This document shows positions 9,447-18,875 of a stretch of DNA of 64,000 bases, one piece after another (the stretch's first letter is position 1; each line of letters starts with the position of its first letter). Where the stretch lies: the IMG/VR virus record IMGVR_UViG_3300021197_001731. One strand, given 5' to 3'. The stretch comes from an uncultured virus (IMG/VR IMGVR_UViG_3300021197_001731) (lineage: Duplodnaviria; Heunggongvirae; Uroviricota; Caudoviricetes). The position numbers and the translations under genes are program-made. The notes beneath the pieces are model-generated. The model did no database searches and was not told where the DNA came from. It saw only the letters and a list, made by a program, of their open reading frames with translations.

Positions 9447-10106
9447 TTAATAGTCAGGTACAGGATCTACTTCGCCGTACCCCTTTGCCTGACCCGTTGT
9501 TCGAGCTTGAGAGTTAGATCTCTCTTTTTCCTTGCGAGTAGTGAAGTCGTTTGCAACGATTGCACGGTAAGGGCTTGCGTCACCTTCCTTACGGTATTCA
9601 CGGAGATAGCCATGGACGCATATGCCGCGTCCACTACGGATTCGATCGCTGAGTTTGGATTTCCTGCTTTCATGGAGTTCCATAAAGAGCCAGGTAGTGA
9701 CGTCAGCGTTATCCAAAGTGGTTCCAATTTTGGTTGCGATTTGTCCATTCTTTCTTTCCTTGATGTCGTTAGATCCAAAGAATGCATTGCCCAATACAAC
9801 TTGATTGCAATACATATCTTGTGGGATGTTGAACTCAACAGTGGTTACCATCAGATCCAATGGCTGTGCAGTGTCTTCTGAAAACACAAGGTAGCCAGTG
9901 ATCAGTGCTCGATTACCTTTCTTCCATTCGAGGAACGAGTCAAGTTTGGGACCAGACCTGTCGTAACAGAGGACTCGGAGTTTGACCTCGTTGTCACCAC
10001 TGCCAGCGGGGATAACAGCATCAGCGCCGCGATAGTCCAACCCATAAGCATTGATCGGATCTGAAATAATGGATCTGAGTTCAACTGTGGCTGCGATAAA
10101 GTTCAT
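9447..10106 (-). CDS. Single-stranded DNA-binding protein with tandem OB folds
   Basis: Two SSB-like repeats (KKGNRALITGYL; RSGRGICVHGYLREY) and an acidic tail ending VDPVPDY. Confidence 0.65.
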   Translation of the reverse strand: MNFIAATVELRSIISDPINAYGLDYRGADAVIPAGSGDNEVKLRVLCYDRSGPKLDSFLEWKKGNRALITGYLVFSEDTAQPLDLMVTTVEFNIPQDMYCNQVVLGNAFFGSNDIKERKNGQIATKIGTTLDNADVTTWLFMELHESRKSKLSDRIRSGRGICVHGYLREYRKEGDASPYRAIVANDFTTRKEKERSNSQARTTGQAKGYGEVDPVPDY

Positions 10107-10142
10107 TATTGCCTATATATTTATCAGTCTTTAATATAAGCA

Positions 10143-10766
10143 TTATGTCCACATGGCGCGAGTTACAGTCGGCAATTCTGTATCAAGAATCTCTCCAATT
10201 TGCGCTGCAATTTGTGAGTGCTCTACTTGAGTTCCGTGGCTTGCACGGAGATCTATATAGTGTAGCCAACTTCGAATTGTGCCTGACATATACATCCTAG
10301 TTTTAGTACTTAATGGAAGGACATTACGTGCACATTCTTTAGCCACACCATAGGCGAGCAGCTTTTTGTACAGAGCGTTTGACCTGTCATTATGCAAGGA
10401 AATAATGTCTTGCAACTCTTCAGAAAGTTCATCTGGAAAATCGTCTATAGAATTTTGGCGATTTTGTAAGTCCTGTCTACGGAGTTTGGGTACATCTATT
10501 TCAGTGACTTCTGCATAGCGCTGAGAGAACTCTTGAAATGAGAACGATCTGTGCCTGAGGATTTGCGCTCCAATAGCTCGTGTAGTCTGGATCTCGACGC
10601 ACATGGACGCCATTTCGAATGGACTCCAGTGCTTGTGTTTGATGAGATATTTGATGAGACCTTCAACATTCGGATTATCCTCGTTAGCTGGATTTGAAAC
10701 TCTGGCAAGTTTGCCAATAAGTTTTTCGGCATCAGGTGTTACCCATACCAGTTTAGCGGTGTGCAT
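10143..10766 (-). CDS. thyX: Flavin-dependent thymidylate synthase
   Basis: HWSPFE and the ThyX motif QILRHRSFSFQEFSQRY; KECARNVLP. Confidence 0.97.
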   Translation of the reverse strand: MHTAKLVWVTPDAEKLIGKLARVSNPANEDNPNVEGLIKYLIKHKHWSPFEMASMCVEIQTTRAIGAQILRHRSFSFQEFSQRYAEVTEIDVPKLRRQDLQNRQNSIDDFPDELSEELQDIISLHNDRSNALYKKLLAYGVAKECARNVLPLSTKTRMYMSGTIRSWLHYIDLRASHGTQVEHSQIAAQIGEILDTELPTVTRAMWT

Positions 10767-10862
10767 TACTTGTGGGAATTAATGAGTACTCTTAATTGTT
10801 TGACAGTGCAAAGCTCTGCCTTAGTTTTGACAATAGCAATGAGCTTGTCAATGTATTCAGTT

Positions 10863-11063
10863 TTAGTCATTTAGTTTTGCATCTAATCTGTCTAGTTCTA
10901 AAATTTGACTGACGTGATACTTACGCCAATCATCGATAGCCAAGTTAAAGCCGGCAATAAGATTATCACTTACGTCTGGACTGTCATGCTGAACGTCAGC
11001 AATGATGTCAGCAAATTGCTTAGCGTAAAATGCAACTGTTCCGTATTCTACGTATTCTCTCAT
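10863..11063 (-). CDS. Hypothetical protein
   Basis: 66-aa coupled ORF. Confidence 0.6.
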   Translation of the reverse strand: MREYVEYGTVAFYAKQFADIIADVQHDSPDVSDNLIAGFNLAIDDWRKYHVSQILELDRLDAKLND

Positions 11064-11350
11064 GATTCTTCAGATTTAATTTTTCCGTATAGGTTTGGTC
11101 GTATTTTTCCGTAGCCAGACTGAATCTTAATCAACTCACCAATGCCTTTGAGCTTATCGTAATAAGCATCAAAAATATCTACCATTGTGTAGGCACGAAC
11201 TACATCATAAGCAAGATTGCCATTAATAATATAAGAAACGATATGGCAATCAGATGGTAAGTGGCTGTCCGCAAAGGTCTTAAGATTGATCTCTTGGTCT
11301 ACGATTTGGATTTTATTCTTTTCTTTTACGGTGAATTCAAGCGGTGGCAT
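11060..11350 (-). CDS. Hypothetical cyanophage protein
   Basis: 96-aa ORF with VDIFDAYYD...GYGKIRP, coupled to the RNR beta gene. Confidence 0.65.
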   Translation of the reverse strand: MPPLEFTVKEKNKIQIVDQEINLKTFADSHLPSDCHIVSYIINGNLAYDVVRAYTMVDIFDAYYDKLKGIGELIKIQSGYGKIRPNLYGKIKSEES

Positions 11351-12082
11351 TTATGCGTATTGCGGTAGATTTTGATTAGCAGTTTCAAAGAAAGCTGGCA
11401 TGCGTGATGCACGAGTATCAACTAGTCCTTCTGCTTTGCCTCTGGTGTAGAGCGAATCTGAATTCGCCAGCCAGAAGTTAGACGACAGATGCTTATGCTC
11501 CGCTTCCCCTTTGAGGGATTGAAGGCACCAAGCAACCGTAGCTCGCCTAAGGTTATTGAGGGTTTTGTCAGACTTAAGTCCAAGTGCTTCACACACGAGT
11601 GTGTTGGCGGCAACGTGGGTTTGTTCGTCTCTTGAGATATCAGCGCTTGTCGTGCGTAATCCTGTATCTCCCAGTCGTCGGAAGATGGGCAGTAAGACGA
11701 AGAAGACTGATCTCTCAAGTACCACAGCTTTGAGAACAGGATGGCGGTCCAACTCAAGCCAGGTTTTACAAATGTGTGCAGCTTCCTTTTCAAACCGAGG
11801 TGAGACCCCGTGTGCAGTAGCTGCGAAATTAAGGGCAATGTCATGTTTCTCTTCATCAACAACGTTAGAAGCAAGTAGTTCCTTACAGCCTTTAACGTCA
11901 GGCAAATCGCCCTTCATAGCGTCAGTAATAAAATCACCAACGGGAATCTCAAGACAACGCAGAGCTAATGCTCGTTGAATGACTTCTTCGCCACCATCAA
12001 GTAGCTGACCAGCTGATACTTGAACCGGAGTCCACGTACGCTTGCGCTGGTGAAGATGAATGTAGGGAGTTTCTGCTTTCAT
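11351..12082 (-). CDS. nrdB: Class I ribonucleotide reductase beta subunit (short cyanopodovirus type, ferritin-like)
   Basis: Two ExxH metal motifs (DEEKH, DEQTH) plus LEIPVGDFI and VLERSVFF; directly downstream of the alpha subunit. Confidence 0.82.
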   Translation of the reverse strand: MKAETPYIHLHQRKRTWTPVQVSAGQLLDGGEEVIQRALALRCLEIPVGDFITDAMKGDLPDVKGCKELLASNVVDEEKHDIALNFAATAHGVSPRFEKEAAHICKTWLELDRHPVLKAVVLERSVFFVLLPIFRRLGDTGLRTTSADISRDEQTHVAANTLVCEALGLKSDKTLNNLRRATVAWCLQSLKGEAEHKHLSSNFWLANSDSLYTRGKAEGLVDTRASRMPAFFETANQNLPQYA

Positions 12083-12099
12083 GGGATTAGGTATAAGGT

Positions 12100-13524
12100 T
12101 TATTCAGCGCAGCCAACACAGGCTGCAGGGTCATTAAAGATGTCGATGATGCCATCTTCGTCGTCGTCTCCATCGTTGAAGCCGAACATAGTTCCGAAGT
12201 CACCGTCTAAAGCAGCAAGAGCGTCATCTTTTGCCTGCGTGTTTTGCATAACTTGCAAGCTGTAGTACAGCGAAGTTTGCGGAGAATCAAGCCAAGCTTC
12301 AATAAAGTCATCGTCGTATTGAACAACGTCGCTCCATGAATTGAAACTATAGCCATGCGCAAGGCCGGTGCGTTTTAGCATTTCCATAATGCCATCGACT
12401 ACACGTTTGTAGTTGTCCCAGCCAACTGAATCAGCGGTTTCAACTTCTCCGTAATCGAATGTTTCGACACCGAATGTAGAGCTGTCCCTATCCACTGTGC
12501 GTCCGATTGGCGGTGCAATTTCGGGGGCCGTGGTATAGCCAGCTCGGTCTGTGTAACGGTAACTACAAGAGGCAGTTGGTGCAATAGCAAAGCAGCGATC
12601 CATGTTGGCTCGTTCTGCAATGGCTGCTGCTGAATCAACACCTAGCTGAAGTTCTTTAACTATCTTACGTGCTTCTGGAGTCGTAATATAATCACCTTCG
12701 GGATACAAATGAGCAGTAAGTGCTTCACCAAACTGTTCGTAAGTGACGTTCTCTAGAGCCAATAAGTTTGCCAGTCCAAGCATGCCTAGTCCTACCTGAC
12801 GATCTTCTTTTTGAGTGAGATACTCACCAGTTTTTTCGACACCTGTTTTAGAGTGCAGATCAATAAGCTCAGACATACCTGCAATAAATGCTGCAGGGAT
12901 ATCTTCAGGACGACAAGCGCCTAAATTTATATGTTCTAATAAGCACGTCCCTCGACTCTTGAGGAAAACCTCAAGGCAGACATTGGCATAAATACGTTCG
13001 CCATGTTGATCACTGCGGATCTTGGCTAGCCAGATATCGCCACGTGCAATACCTTTGAGGATTGCATCCTTGACTGCAGGCTTAGCCATATCCCACATAA
13101 CGTTTGATAGGTTGACGCAACGTTTTGCCCAAGGAATTTCATGTCTAGGCATGTTTACAAACTCAAGAATATCTTGATGATTGCAATCTAGATGGAGCAC
13201 CACAGCACCATTTTTGTACACGCCACCTCTACGTAGTTGTTCATTCAAACAGCTGTAGATTTTGCCAAATGAGCAAGGCCCAGAACTTACTAGTCCTTTG
13301 CCGTTGTCAGTACCAGCAGGTCGGATTTTAGATAGATGAACAGCAACCCCTGCCCCGAAGCGCAATCCGTGACTCACGTAGCGCCAGCTGGCCTCAAGTC
13401 CGTTAGGTCCCGTCATGCTGTCGTCAACAACAAAAACTGTGCAGCTGACAGGCAGGCGACTTGTTGGATCGTCGATCCAGTTTTGTACACGCCCAGTGCG
13501 TGCAATTACTTGCTTATTTTCCAT
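12100..13524 (-). CDS. nrdA: Ribonucleotide reductase alpha subunit (compact cyanopodovirus type)
   Basis: PVSCTV, catalytic NVCLE, GTCLL, QVGLG, IAPTASCS, SLYY and C-terminal CVGCAE. Confidence 0.93.
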   Translation of the reverse strand: MENKQVIARTGRVQNWIDDPTSRLPVSCTVFVVDDSMTGPNGLEASWRYVSHGLRFGAGVAVHLSKIRPAGTDNGKGLVSSGPCSFGKIYSCLNEQLRRGGVYKNGAVVLHLDCNHQDILEFVNMPRHEIPWAKRCVNLSNVMWDMAKPAVKDAILKGIARGDIWLAKIRSDQHGERIYANVCLEVFLKSRGTCLLEHINLGACRPEDIPAAFIAGMSELIDLHSKTGVEKTGEYLTQKEDRQVGLGMLGLANLLALENVTYEQFGEALTAHLYPEGDYITTPEARKIVKELQLGVDSAAAIAERANMDRCFAIAPTASCSYRYTDRAGYTTAPEIAPPIGRTVDRDSSTFGVETFDYGEVETADSVGWDNYKRVVDGIMEMLKRTGLAHGYSFNSWSDVVQYDDDFIEAWLDSPQTSLYYSLQVMQNTQAKDDALAALDGDFGTMFGFNDGDDDEDGIIDIFNDPAACVGCAE

Positions 13525-13957
13525 TGGTGTCGTAGTAATTAAGTTGAGGTTTTGGTAGGCAGTCGCCTAGATTGGGCGGTAAATAAGATGGACCTTTGAG
13601 GACCTTCCCGTCTTCTCTGTAAATCGGCTTTCCTTGTTCATCTAGTTTACTGAGATTAGACTCATAAACGAGCTGCATAGCCTTATCCAAATCAATACCA
13701 TAAGTAGCAGCAAATTGATAGCAAACAAAGACAAGGTCTGATAATTCCTTGACAAGTTCTTCTCTCCGATTTGTATTTTCTGGATCTGCATAGCATTCAT
13801 CTGCAGCAGTCATAAACTCTTGGCCTTCTTCAGCTATTAATCGCAGCTGCATATCCCATAAATTCTTTTTAATAAATCCAAATCTAGAAATATTCTCAAG
13901 AATTTCTTGTTTAAAGATCTCTCTAAACTTGCATGCTTGTTCTAACAATGTCATCAC
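13514..13957 (-). CDS. MazG-like / PRA-PH nucleoside triphosphate pyrophosphohydrolase
   Basis: LIAEE..E...KELSDLVFV...VYESNLSKL...REDGKVLKGP. Confidence 0.88.
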   Translation of the reverse strand: MMTLLEQACKFREIFKQEILENISRFGFIKKNLWDMQLRLIAEEGQEFMTAADECYADPENTNRREELVKELSDLVFVCYQFAATYGIDLDKAMQLVYESNLSKLDEQGKPIYREDGKVLKGPSYLPPNLGDCLPKPQLNYYDTNGK

Positions 13958-14181
13958 TTTTCCCTCAAGGTAATGCGTCCTCTTGTTAAATCAAAGGGAC
14001 TAAGTTCTACGCTAACTCGATCACCAACTAACAGCTGGATCTTTCGTGTAACTAATTTACCAGATGCTCTACACAAGCATTTATGTTCTGCTGGGTCGTC
14101 GAGTTCGACATTAAAGAATCCGTTGCCGCTCTCCTTAAAGATGACACCCCTTGCTTCAATGACATTTGCTTTTTTGCTCAT
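13954..14181 (-). CDS. infA: Translation initiation factor IF-1 homologue
   Basis: VIEARGVI...F.VEL...CRASGK...IQLLVGDRVSVELSPFDLTRGRITLR matches IF-1 (SGK...I.IL.GD.V.VELSPYDLT.GRI..R). Confidence 0.9.
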   Translation of the reverse strand: MSKKANVIEARGVIFKESGNGFFNVELDDPAEHKCLCRASGKLVTRKIQLLVGDRVSVELSPFDLTRGRITLREK

Positions 14182-14328
14182 ATTCTTTTACTGATTTGAA
14201 ATATAGTTTGTTGTACTTAACGATCATCTCGTTAATTACTTCGCGGTCGTCAACCTCGTTAATTGATGTTAGATGCTGTGAGCATCCATGTAGTTCACCA
14301 ATGAGGAGCAAGTATTGTTCCGGCTGCA

Positions 14329-14535
14329 TTAAAACCCTTTGACTGTGTTGTGCTTCTTTTTGTCTTTTTTGTAAAGATTAGATGGACCAATTTTACAAAG
14401 TTGCTCATCACTTTCCCTAGCAAGAATAGTACACATTTGGTCTACTGCCATAGCAAATATACCAGCATGAGAAAGCTTACTAACCATGTGATGAGAGAGA
14501 TCAAATATGAACTCTTCACGTTCGTTTTCTGTCAT
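14329..14535 (-). CDS. Hypothetical protein
   Basis: 68-aa coupled ORF. Confidence 0.55.
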   Translation of the reverse strand: MTENEREEFIFDLSHHMVSKLSHAGIFAMAVDQMCTILARESDEQLCKIGPSNLYKKDKKKHNTVKGF

Positions 14536-14879
14536 TCGGGATGAGCGTATGTATATGCATCTAGCGTTGCTTGGAGGTGCTCAATAATTGAGTTAGCACC
14601 TACAAACCGTTCGACAGATTGTTCAAAATAATCACAGTCTTCGTCTCCGTCATCATCTAATTGACAGGAGACTTCCTCATGAACGACAACGAGTGTTGGT
14701 GACAGCTCCACCGATAAGTCCTCCGCAAGCGCTGTAAAGCTGCCTGAGGGTGCTTTAAGAGGGACAAAGTCCAACTCAGCTGCTTCATCTTGCGTGAGAG
14801 TTTTGACGTGCTCTTTGAGACGATTGCAAGGAGCACACCCGTCTTGGGTAAAAACATAAAGCTTGTAGTTTTTCATCAT
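14532..14879 (-). CDS. Thioredoxin/glutaredoxin-fold protein
   Basis: FTQDGCAPC CxxC motif and PTLVV cis-Pro strand. Confidence 0.8.
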   Translation of the reverse strand: MMKNYKLYVFTQDGCAPCNRLKEHVKTLTQDEAAELDFVPLKAPSGSFTALAEDLSVELSPTLVVVHEEVSCQLDDDGDEDCDYFEQSVERFVGANSIIEHLQATLDAYTYAHPE

Positions 14880-14882
14880 GAA

Positions 14883-15191
14883 TTAGGCAGGGGTACCGTC
14901 GGTGTAATAAAAACCACCGATACAGTTGTCTTCATTCGATATTACTAAATGCCGCGCATGTTGATAACATTTCATTCCCATATGATAGGAAATCATGACT
15001 GGGTCACCAACATTTACGGTATCAAGTTTCTCGCACATGATTAAACGTATTGCAGGTGGCTTGCGCTTGTACTGAATCTCTGCGTCATAAGCAAGATGTT
15101 GATCCTCATTAAATGTGTTTGGATTGAAAACAGTTCGAATTTTGGGAGCAGACACAGGGATTGCTTCCATTTCAGCCATGAGTTTTTTCAA
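14883..15191 (-). CDS. Hypothetical protein
   Basis: 102-aa ORF in the minus-strand operon. Confidence 0.5.
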   Translation of the reverse strand: MKKLMAEMEAIPVSAPKIRTVFNPNTFNEDQHLAYDAEIQYKRKPPAIRLIMCEKLDTVNVGDPVMISYHMGMKCYQHARHLVISNEDNCIGGFYYTDGTPA

Positions 15192-15323
15192 ATTCTTCTT
15201 CTTCTAGGTAAATACAAAAGTCGTCAAAGTCCATCGGTCCAAGCCAGTCATCATATAGATACTGGGGAGTGGGATCAAAGTCATCGAGATACGACTCATA
15301 GTGATCTCGCTTGTCTTGTTCAG

Positions 15324-15542
15324 TCATGATCTTCCATAAGGATCAGGTGTCCAGTGAAATGCAATGTTTGAAGCATCTTCCATAAATGCTTCTTCTAGTT
15401 CCGCGTAACCCTTGTCAGACAAGTCATCTTGCAAATGAGGAGTGTTGTCTATATAGACAGGAACGAGTTCTTCTATATGACGCATGAGTGAGTTTGCAAG
15501 ATACGCTCGAAAGCGTGTCTGTTCTTGTGCTGTAAGTTTCAT
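15324..15542 (-). CDS. Hypothetical protein
   Basis: 72-aa ORF. Confidence 0.55.
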   Translation of the reverse strand: MKLTAQEQTRFRAYLANSLMRHIEELVPVYIDNTPHLQDDLSDKGYAELEEAFMEDASNIAFHWTPDPYGRS

Positions 15543-15678
15543 TGGTTTGTAATTAGACGGTAAGTTGTACGACGCTTGCCATTAGCCAAACGTCGATTCA
15601 GCAAGGCCAATTCTTTTTTGGCAAGCTCTTCGTCTTCAAAGGATTCTTTAGTTACCCAGACTTGTTGTTGAATGTGAA

Positions 15679-16059
15679 TCATGAGTTAGGCAGGTGCAGT
15701 TTTAGCGGAGGTAGATACTTTTTCTCAGCAAGGTACACTTCGACTTCCTGGCGCTGATCGCTAGTGAGATAACCAAACATGATGTTGAGTATCTGGTTGA
15801 GATAGTGCGTAGGAAATTCTGGTGAGTCTTGGGCCAGTGCTGCGTGGCACAGGAGTACGACATCGAGCACGTCATAGTCGGGCAGTTTTTCAACGTTCAT
15901 TGTTAATTGGATGTATTCGGTGGGATTTTCTGCAAAGTAATCAAGTAGTTCAAGAAGCCGAAATGCTGTTATGTGCTCCGCATCAATAGATAATTGGAGG
16001 AGCACACTGTTGAGATAACGTCTAGCAGCCAGCAGTTCGGTAACTGCTCGTGACGTCAT
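15679..16059 (-). CDS. Hypothetical protein
   Basis: 126-aa coupled ORF. Confidence 0.55.
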   Translation of the reverse strand: MTSRAVTELLAARRYLNSVLLQLSIDAEHITAFRLLELLDYFAENPTEYIQLTMNVEKLPDYDVLDVVLLCHAALAQDSPEFPTHYLNQILNIMFGYLTSDQRQEVEVYLAEKKYLPPLKLHLPNS

Positions 16060-16286
16060 TCGTCTTCTTCTTCCTCTTCTTCTTTCTTTTGTAATAGCAA
16101 TTGAGTTTGCGCATATTCAGAAACACAGCCATCGACAATCCATTCGAGAGTCTCAGATTCGAGCTGATCTAATGCCATTGCACAGACAGAAAGCCGGATA
16201 GGCATTGTCATTTGTGGATAGTTGTCAATTAGATAAGCATCAATATCAAAGATGTATTCACGCTCATAGTCATTTTTTACAGGCAT
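16056..16286 (-). CDS. Hypothetical acidic protein
   Basis: 76-aa coupled ORF with a poly-Glu tail. Confidence 0.55.
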   Translation of the reverse strand: MPVKNDYEREYIFDIDAYLIDNYPQMTMPIRLSVCAMALDQLESETLEWIVDGCVSEYAQTQLLLQKKEEEEEEDE

Positions 16287-16933
16287 CAGAAATCCTCCTT
16301 TTCTGTTTCAACAGGCAAGGCTCGCAAGTCGTCTAGAACAATGACTTCAGTGGGAACACCAGAGATTTCTGCAGAAAGAATTTCTACTGCATCAGTAACG
16401 CTTCTAATGATGCCTTCTTTGTCTCTGTCAGAACGCAGGTCAAGGAGCTGCTCATACATATGATTGTCAGAAACACGCTCGCCATCTAGGTAAATATTGG
16501 CAAATGATGGACGCATGCCTTGATCACCGCGCTTGGACCAGAAGGTAAAGGGTGTATTGAAGTCATACATTGTTGAGCCCATGATGCCCATAAGTGCCGT
16601 GACTACAGCTTGTGACCACATGGTTTCTACACCAGAGCTAAAGCAAAGCTTGGAGCCGCTAGGGCTACGAAGCTTGAGATTGAGTTTTGATGCTTTGAAT
16701 GTGCCAATGTCATGTACAACTTCAATGCCATAGCAGACAACATCTTTGAATGTTTGTAGTGGCTTGCCATTTGCTTGATTAACAAGAGCAATAGGCTTGG
16801 AGTCTTCGTACCGAAAAAATACAGCGTCAGATTCTTTCATTACACCAACTCCAATAAGTAGGTCGTAATCAACTGGTGCTGATGAACCACCAGTAAATTC
16901 AGTGAGAATTGAGGCAGGATTAGCGATTGTCAT
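16286..16933 (-). CDS. Hypothetical protein
   Basis: 215-aa ORF directly downstream of a hairpin element; ends in an acidic-Phe tail (EKEDF). Confidence 0.65.
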   Translation of the reverse strand: MTIANPASILTEFTGGSSAPVDYDLLIGVGVMKESDAVFFRYEDSKPIALVNQANGKPLQTFKDVVCYGIEVVHDIGTFKASKLNLKLRSPSGSKLCFSSGVETMWSQAVVTALMGIMGSTMYDFNTPFTFWSKRGDQGMRPSFANIYLDGERVSDNHMYEQLLDLRSDRDKEGIIRSVTDAVEILSAEISGVPTEVIVLDDLRALPVETEKEDF

Positions 16934-16958
16934 ATTAAAAAGTAAGTGAATGCCATAT

Positions 16959-16991
16959 AGGCAATAGGAAATAAAGGACCCATTAGGGTCC
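16959..16991 (-). promoter_or_regulatory. Hairpin-plus-pentamer element
   Basis: AGGCA, then 18 nt to the loop of GGACCC-ATTA-GGGTCC. Confidence 0.75.
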
Positions 16992-17164
16992 GTATATCAG
17001 CGGTTTCGAGCAGGATCTAAAGCAGTTAACCGATTAGCTTCTGCTTGGCAGCGATCAGCCACCAATTGATAAACCTCTTGTGGGTTATCAGCTTCGTGTT
17101 CTCGAATTAATTGCACCAGGAAATGCATAAACAATTCTGTTAGCTCTCTTGTATTTGTCATTCG

Positions 17165-17332
17165 TCAGGCTGCTGCTAGTTCTCCTGCCATCTCAGCCAA
17201 CTTGGCTGTAGCACGACATTGAAGGACAATCCAGGCAAGCTCTCCTGATAGTTGATTTGTGTCGCAGAAATATTCGATTGTGTCGTCTATCAAACCTTCC
17301 AGCTCGGACAGCTGGTCGCGTGATAATTGCAT
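17165..17332 (-). CDS. Small hypothetical protein
   Basis: MQLSRDQL... downstream of hairpin GCGCCC-ATTA-GGGCGC (17384-17399). Confidence 0.55.
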   Translation of the reverse strand: MQLSRDQLSELEGLIDDTIEYFCDTNQLSGELAWIVLQCRATAKLAEMAGELAAA

Positions 17333-17419
17333 TCGTGAGAAATATAAGTGTTCAGGCCCATCGCCGGGCACAACATAAATATAGCGCCCATTAGGGCGCA
17401 ATGGCTATGACATTAATAC

Positions 17420-18039
17420 TTATTTTTTCAAGTTGTAATCAATTGATTTTGTTCGTTCAGCAAATTTTCCTTCTTTTCTACGACCTTGATATACATTCGC
17501 TTTAGAAGGAGCTCTTTCAGTTCCGTAGTAATGAGATGAGTAACTCGGAGATGGTGATGGTGATGGTTTAGGAGATGGAGAAGGTGAAGGAGAAGGTGAT
17601 GGAGATGGTTTAGGTCCCGGCATAGGCATATTCATACGCATAGGCATCTTCATAGGCATATTCATCATCATATTCATCATCATATTCATAGGCATCTTCA
17701 TAGGCATGAACATAGGCATGAACATAGGCATATTCATTCCAGGCATCTTCATAGGCATTGTCATCTTCATACCTGGCATCTTCATAGGCATGAACATAGG
17801 CATGAACATAGGCATATTCATTCCAGGCATATTCATTCCAGGCATNNNNNNNNNNNNNNNNNNNNNNNNNNNNNNNNNNNNNNNNNNNNNNNNNNNNNNN
17901 NNNNNNNNNNNNNNNNNNNNNNNNNNNNNNNNNNNNNNNNNNNNNTAGGTGAAGGCCTAGGTGAAGGCCTAGGTGAAGGTCTAGGTGAAGGTCTAGGCAT
18001 AGGCATGCTCATGCCCATCATCATGTTTCTTCTACCCAT
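17420..18039 (-). CDS. Met/Pro-rich low-complexity protein (probably one ORF spanning the N gap)
   Basis: MGRRNMMMGMSMPMP(RPSP)n, then the gap, then (MPGMN/MPMF/MPMK)n and (SP)n. Confidence 0.55.
17846..17945. other. Assembly gap (100 N) inside tandem repeats
   Basis: Run of N. Confidence 0.99.
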
Positions 18040-18042
18040 AAC

Positions 18043-18426
18043 CTATTCCTCAAATGTGGTGTCTCCAACTCCGTAATCTAAAGTTAATTCGGAGCCTGCG
18101 TGTATTGTTTTAATGGCATAAAATACCATACATTCATTGTAGTCATCAATGTAATAGTTTATATTACCTCCATCGTCAGTATGGTTATACAGTGCTGCAT
18201 GACCAAAGCCAATTACAGAGTATTCATCAGAGAATGCATAACAATGTGAGTGTATTACAGCTTCGTCTGTTTCTTCGTAAGGCAAATAAAGCATAGGAGA
18301 TTCTTCTATTAAATCTCCCTCCTTGAAGTCCTCGTTAGTGAAGACTCCATATCGATGTATGTTTGATTTTTTAATACAAAGACTAGGACTGGCAAACAAG
18401 TTAGTCTTGCTAAGATTTGGATTCAT
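18043..18426 (-). CDS. SET-domain protein (putative protein-lysine methyltransferase)
   Basis: IKKSNIHRYGVFT..DFKEGDLIE, YNH, and FYAIKTIHAGSELTLDYG are the canonical SET motifs. Confidence 0.88.
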   Translation of the reverse strand: MNPNLSKTNLFASPSLCIKKSNIHRYGVFTNEDFKEGDLIEESPMLYLPYEETDEAVIHSHCYAFSDEYSVIGFGHAALYNHTDDGGNINYYIDDYNECMVFYAIKTIHAGSELTLDYGVGDTTFEE

Positions 18427-18510
18427 ATGAAAAAAGTAGTTCCTTTTGATTTTAAAAGAAACTACTTATTTTTATGACTATTAATCAAATAAACTCAAGC
18501 TTATCTAATA

Positions 18511-18825
18511 TCAGCGACGTGCACGACGTGTGGTTTGACGCCTAGTTCTACGAGCTGCTGCACGTGCTTGGCCTGCTGAAGTATTGCGAGCTTTTACACG
18601 AGAAGAATTCTTGCCGTAAGTTTTACCGCCACGCATCATAGACTTGACTGCTCCAGAAGCAGTTTTGCGTGTAGCTGACTTAACTCCACCACCTGCAGTA
18701 CGACGACTTGTACGTGTAGATCCATCAGCATTAGTACGCTTACGACGAGTAATACCGCCTCGGCCTGCACGTTCTTGAACAGTAGCGCCAGATTTTGTCC
18801 TGCGCGTAGTAGTAGGTCGTCGCAT
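18511..18825 (-). CDS. Highly basic Arg/Thr-rich (protamine/histone-like) protein
   Basis: 104 aa, very Arg/Lys-rich, almost no acidic residues. Confidence 0.65.
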   Translation of the reverse strand: MRRPTTTRRTKSGATVQERAGRGGITRRKRTNADGSTRTSRRTAGGGVKSATRKTASGAVKSMMRGGKTYGKNSSRVKARNTSAGQARAAARRTRRQTTRRARR

Positions 18826-18875
18826 GATTAATTACAATCTAATTCTCTTAAATTGTATCAACTAATATTACTTAA

